NCBI RefSeq assembly: GCF_011386835.1
Contig: NC_088814.1
Span: forward strand, 2,046,001-2,110,000
Length of the DNA stretch: 64,000 nucleotides
Reading direction: 5' to 3'
Source of the DNA: Chrysemys picta bellii
Taxonomy: Eukaryota
Shown here one piece after another: positions 63,117 to 64,000 of this stretch. How positions within the stretch are numbered: the stretch's first letter is position 1; the number at the start of each line of letters is the position of its first letter. A program made the position numbers and the translations under genes. The notes under the pieces are model-generated. The model was not told the DNA's origin. It did not search any database and saw only the letters and a program-made list of their open reading frames with translations.

Positions 63117-63596
63117 ATGGAGCGGGGAGGCCGGCGGCTGCTGTTGCTGCTGCTGGCGGCGGCGGCGCAGGGCCCCGCTCCGGCGGGCGCGCAGTACGAG
63201 GAGTACAGCTTCCGCGGCTTCCCGCAGTCCGAGCTGATGCCGCTGCAGAGCGCCTACGCCTACGCGCTGGAGCAGTACGAGGGGGAGCGCTGGAAGGAGA
63301 GCGCCCGCTCCCTGGAGGCCAGCCTGCGTCTGCACCGCCTGCTGCGCGACAGCGAGGCGCACTGCCACCGGGAGTGCGCGGGGGGCGCAGCGGGCGGCGC
63401 GCAGCCCGCGGCCGCGCAGGCGGAGGAGTGGGTCTGGGAGCTGGAGGTCTTCGGGCGGGTCCTGCAGCGAGCCGCCTGCCTGCGGAGCTGCAAACGCGGC
63501 CTGCCGGTCTTCCAGCTCCGCTACCCTCCGGCCGAGACCCTGCGCGACTTCCAGCGCCGCGCGCCCTACCAGTACCTGCACTACGCGCTCTTCAAG
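63117..63596 (+). CDS. P3H4: Prolyl 3-hydroxylase family member 4 (SC65/LEPREL4), exon 1; gene continues beyond the window
   Basis: [36 protein letters not shown]...[13 protein letters not shown]...[22 protein letters not shown]...RAACLRSCK...[11 protein letters not shown]|GTGAGC. Signal peptide and leprecan-family CxxxC motifs. CRTAP is similar, but the position next to FKBP10 supports P3H4. Confidence 0.92.
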
Positions 63597-63807
63597 GTGA
63601 GCCGGCGGCGCAGGCTGCGCGCAAAGTATCCAGCCCCGTGGGGCGTGGCAGCCAGTGGCCAGAGCGCCGCTGACTCGCGTGGGTGCGGGGTTGAGCCTTC
63701 CCCGCCGGGCCCTGCACCTCAGCACGGCGCGAGCCAGAGGCGTTAGTATTTTGGAGATGGGGACAGGACTGGGAGCCATTTTCAAACCAGGGTGCAAGGG
63801 ATGTGCC

Positions 63808-63929
63808 TAGGGTGACCAGACAGCAAGGGTGAAAAATCGGGACAGGGTGGGGGGTAATAGGCACCAATATAAGACAAAGCCCTAAATATCGGGACTGTCC
63901 CTATAAAATCAGGACATCCGGTCACCCTA
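63808..63929. mobile_element. 122-bp hAT MITE in P3H4 intron 1
   Basis: TIR TAGGGTGACC / GGTCACCCTA; perfect 8-bp TSD GATGTGCC. Confidence 0.92.
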
Positions 63930-64000
63930 GATGTGCCTGGGAGCCTGCCCGCCCCATGTCTCCTGCTCTGGTCTCTGCCCGTCTTTCACCAAGTTGTTCC

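Noticed and set aside
62525-63797. 197-aa and 392-aa minus-strand ORFs over the P3H4 5' region
   Set aside because: Antisense frames of the VNTR and the GC-rich P3H4 exon; no independent coding evidence

Overview
Vertebrate genomic DNA with spliceosomal introns. It is probably a turtle or similar reptile; this is an inference from the CR1 LINE 3' ends and the hAT- and Harbinger-type MITEs. The window holds the conserved gene block ACLY(+, last 15 coding exons) - KLHL11(+, 2 exons) - KLHL10(-, 5 exons) - NT5C3B(+, 9 exons) - FKBP10(-, 10 exons) - P3H4/SC65(+, exon 1 only), the same order I recall for human 17q21.2. I placed exon boundaries by hand using GT-AG signals and reading phase, and every gene reads through without frameshifts. 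Introns and intergenic DNA contain CR1 fragments, several intact non-autonomous DNA transposons with target-site duplications, MIR-like SINE relics and six minisatellites. I found no convincing new protein-coding gene or wholly new biological system. Most of the six-frame ORFs are GC-rich or repeat-derived noise. The best leads are: (1) a displaced 59-bp copy of an ACLY acceptor and exon start, sitting between inverted repeats in another intron (possible poison exon); (2) a KLHL11 intron-1 minisatellite that has multiplied the gene's own splice donor to eight copies; (3) a back-to-back AATAAA/TTTATT signal between convergent KLHL11 and KLHL10; (4) identical CAG|GTTCCT junctions at both ends of NT5C3B exon 2; (5) tandem repeats at three of the four CpG-rich gene starts, with mirrored G/C skew around the NT5C3B promoter.
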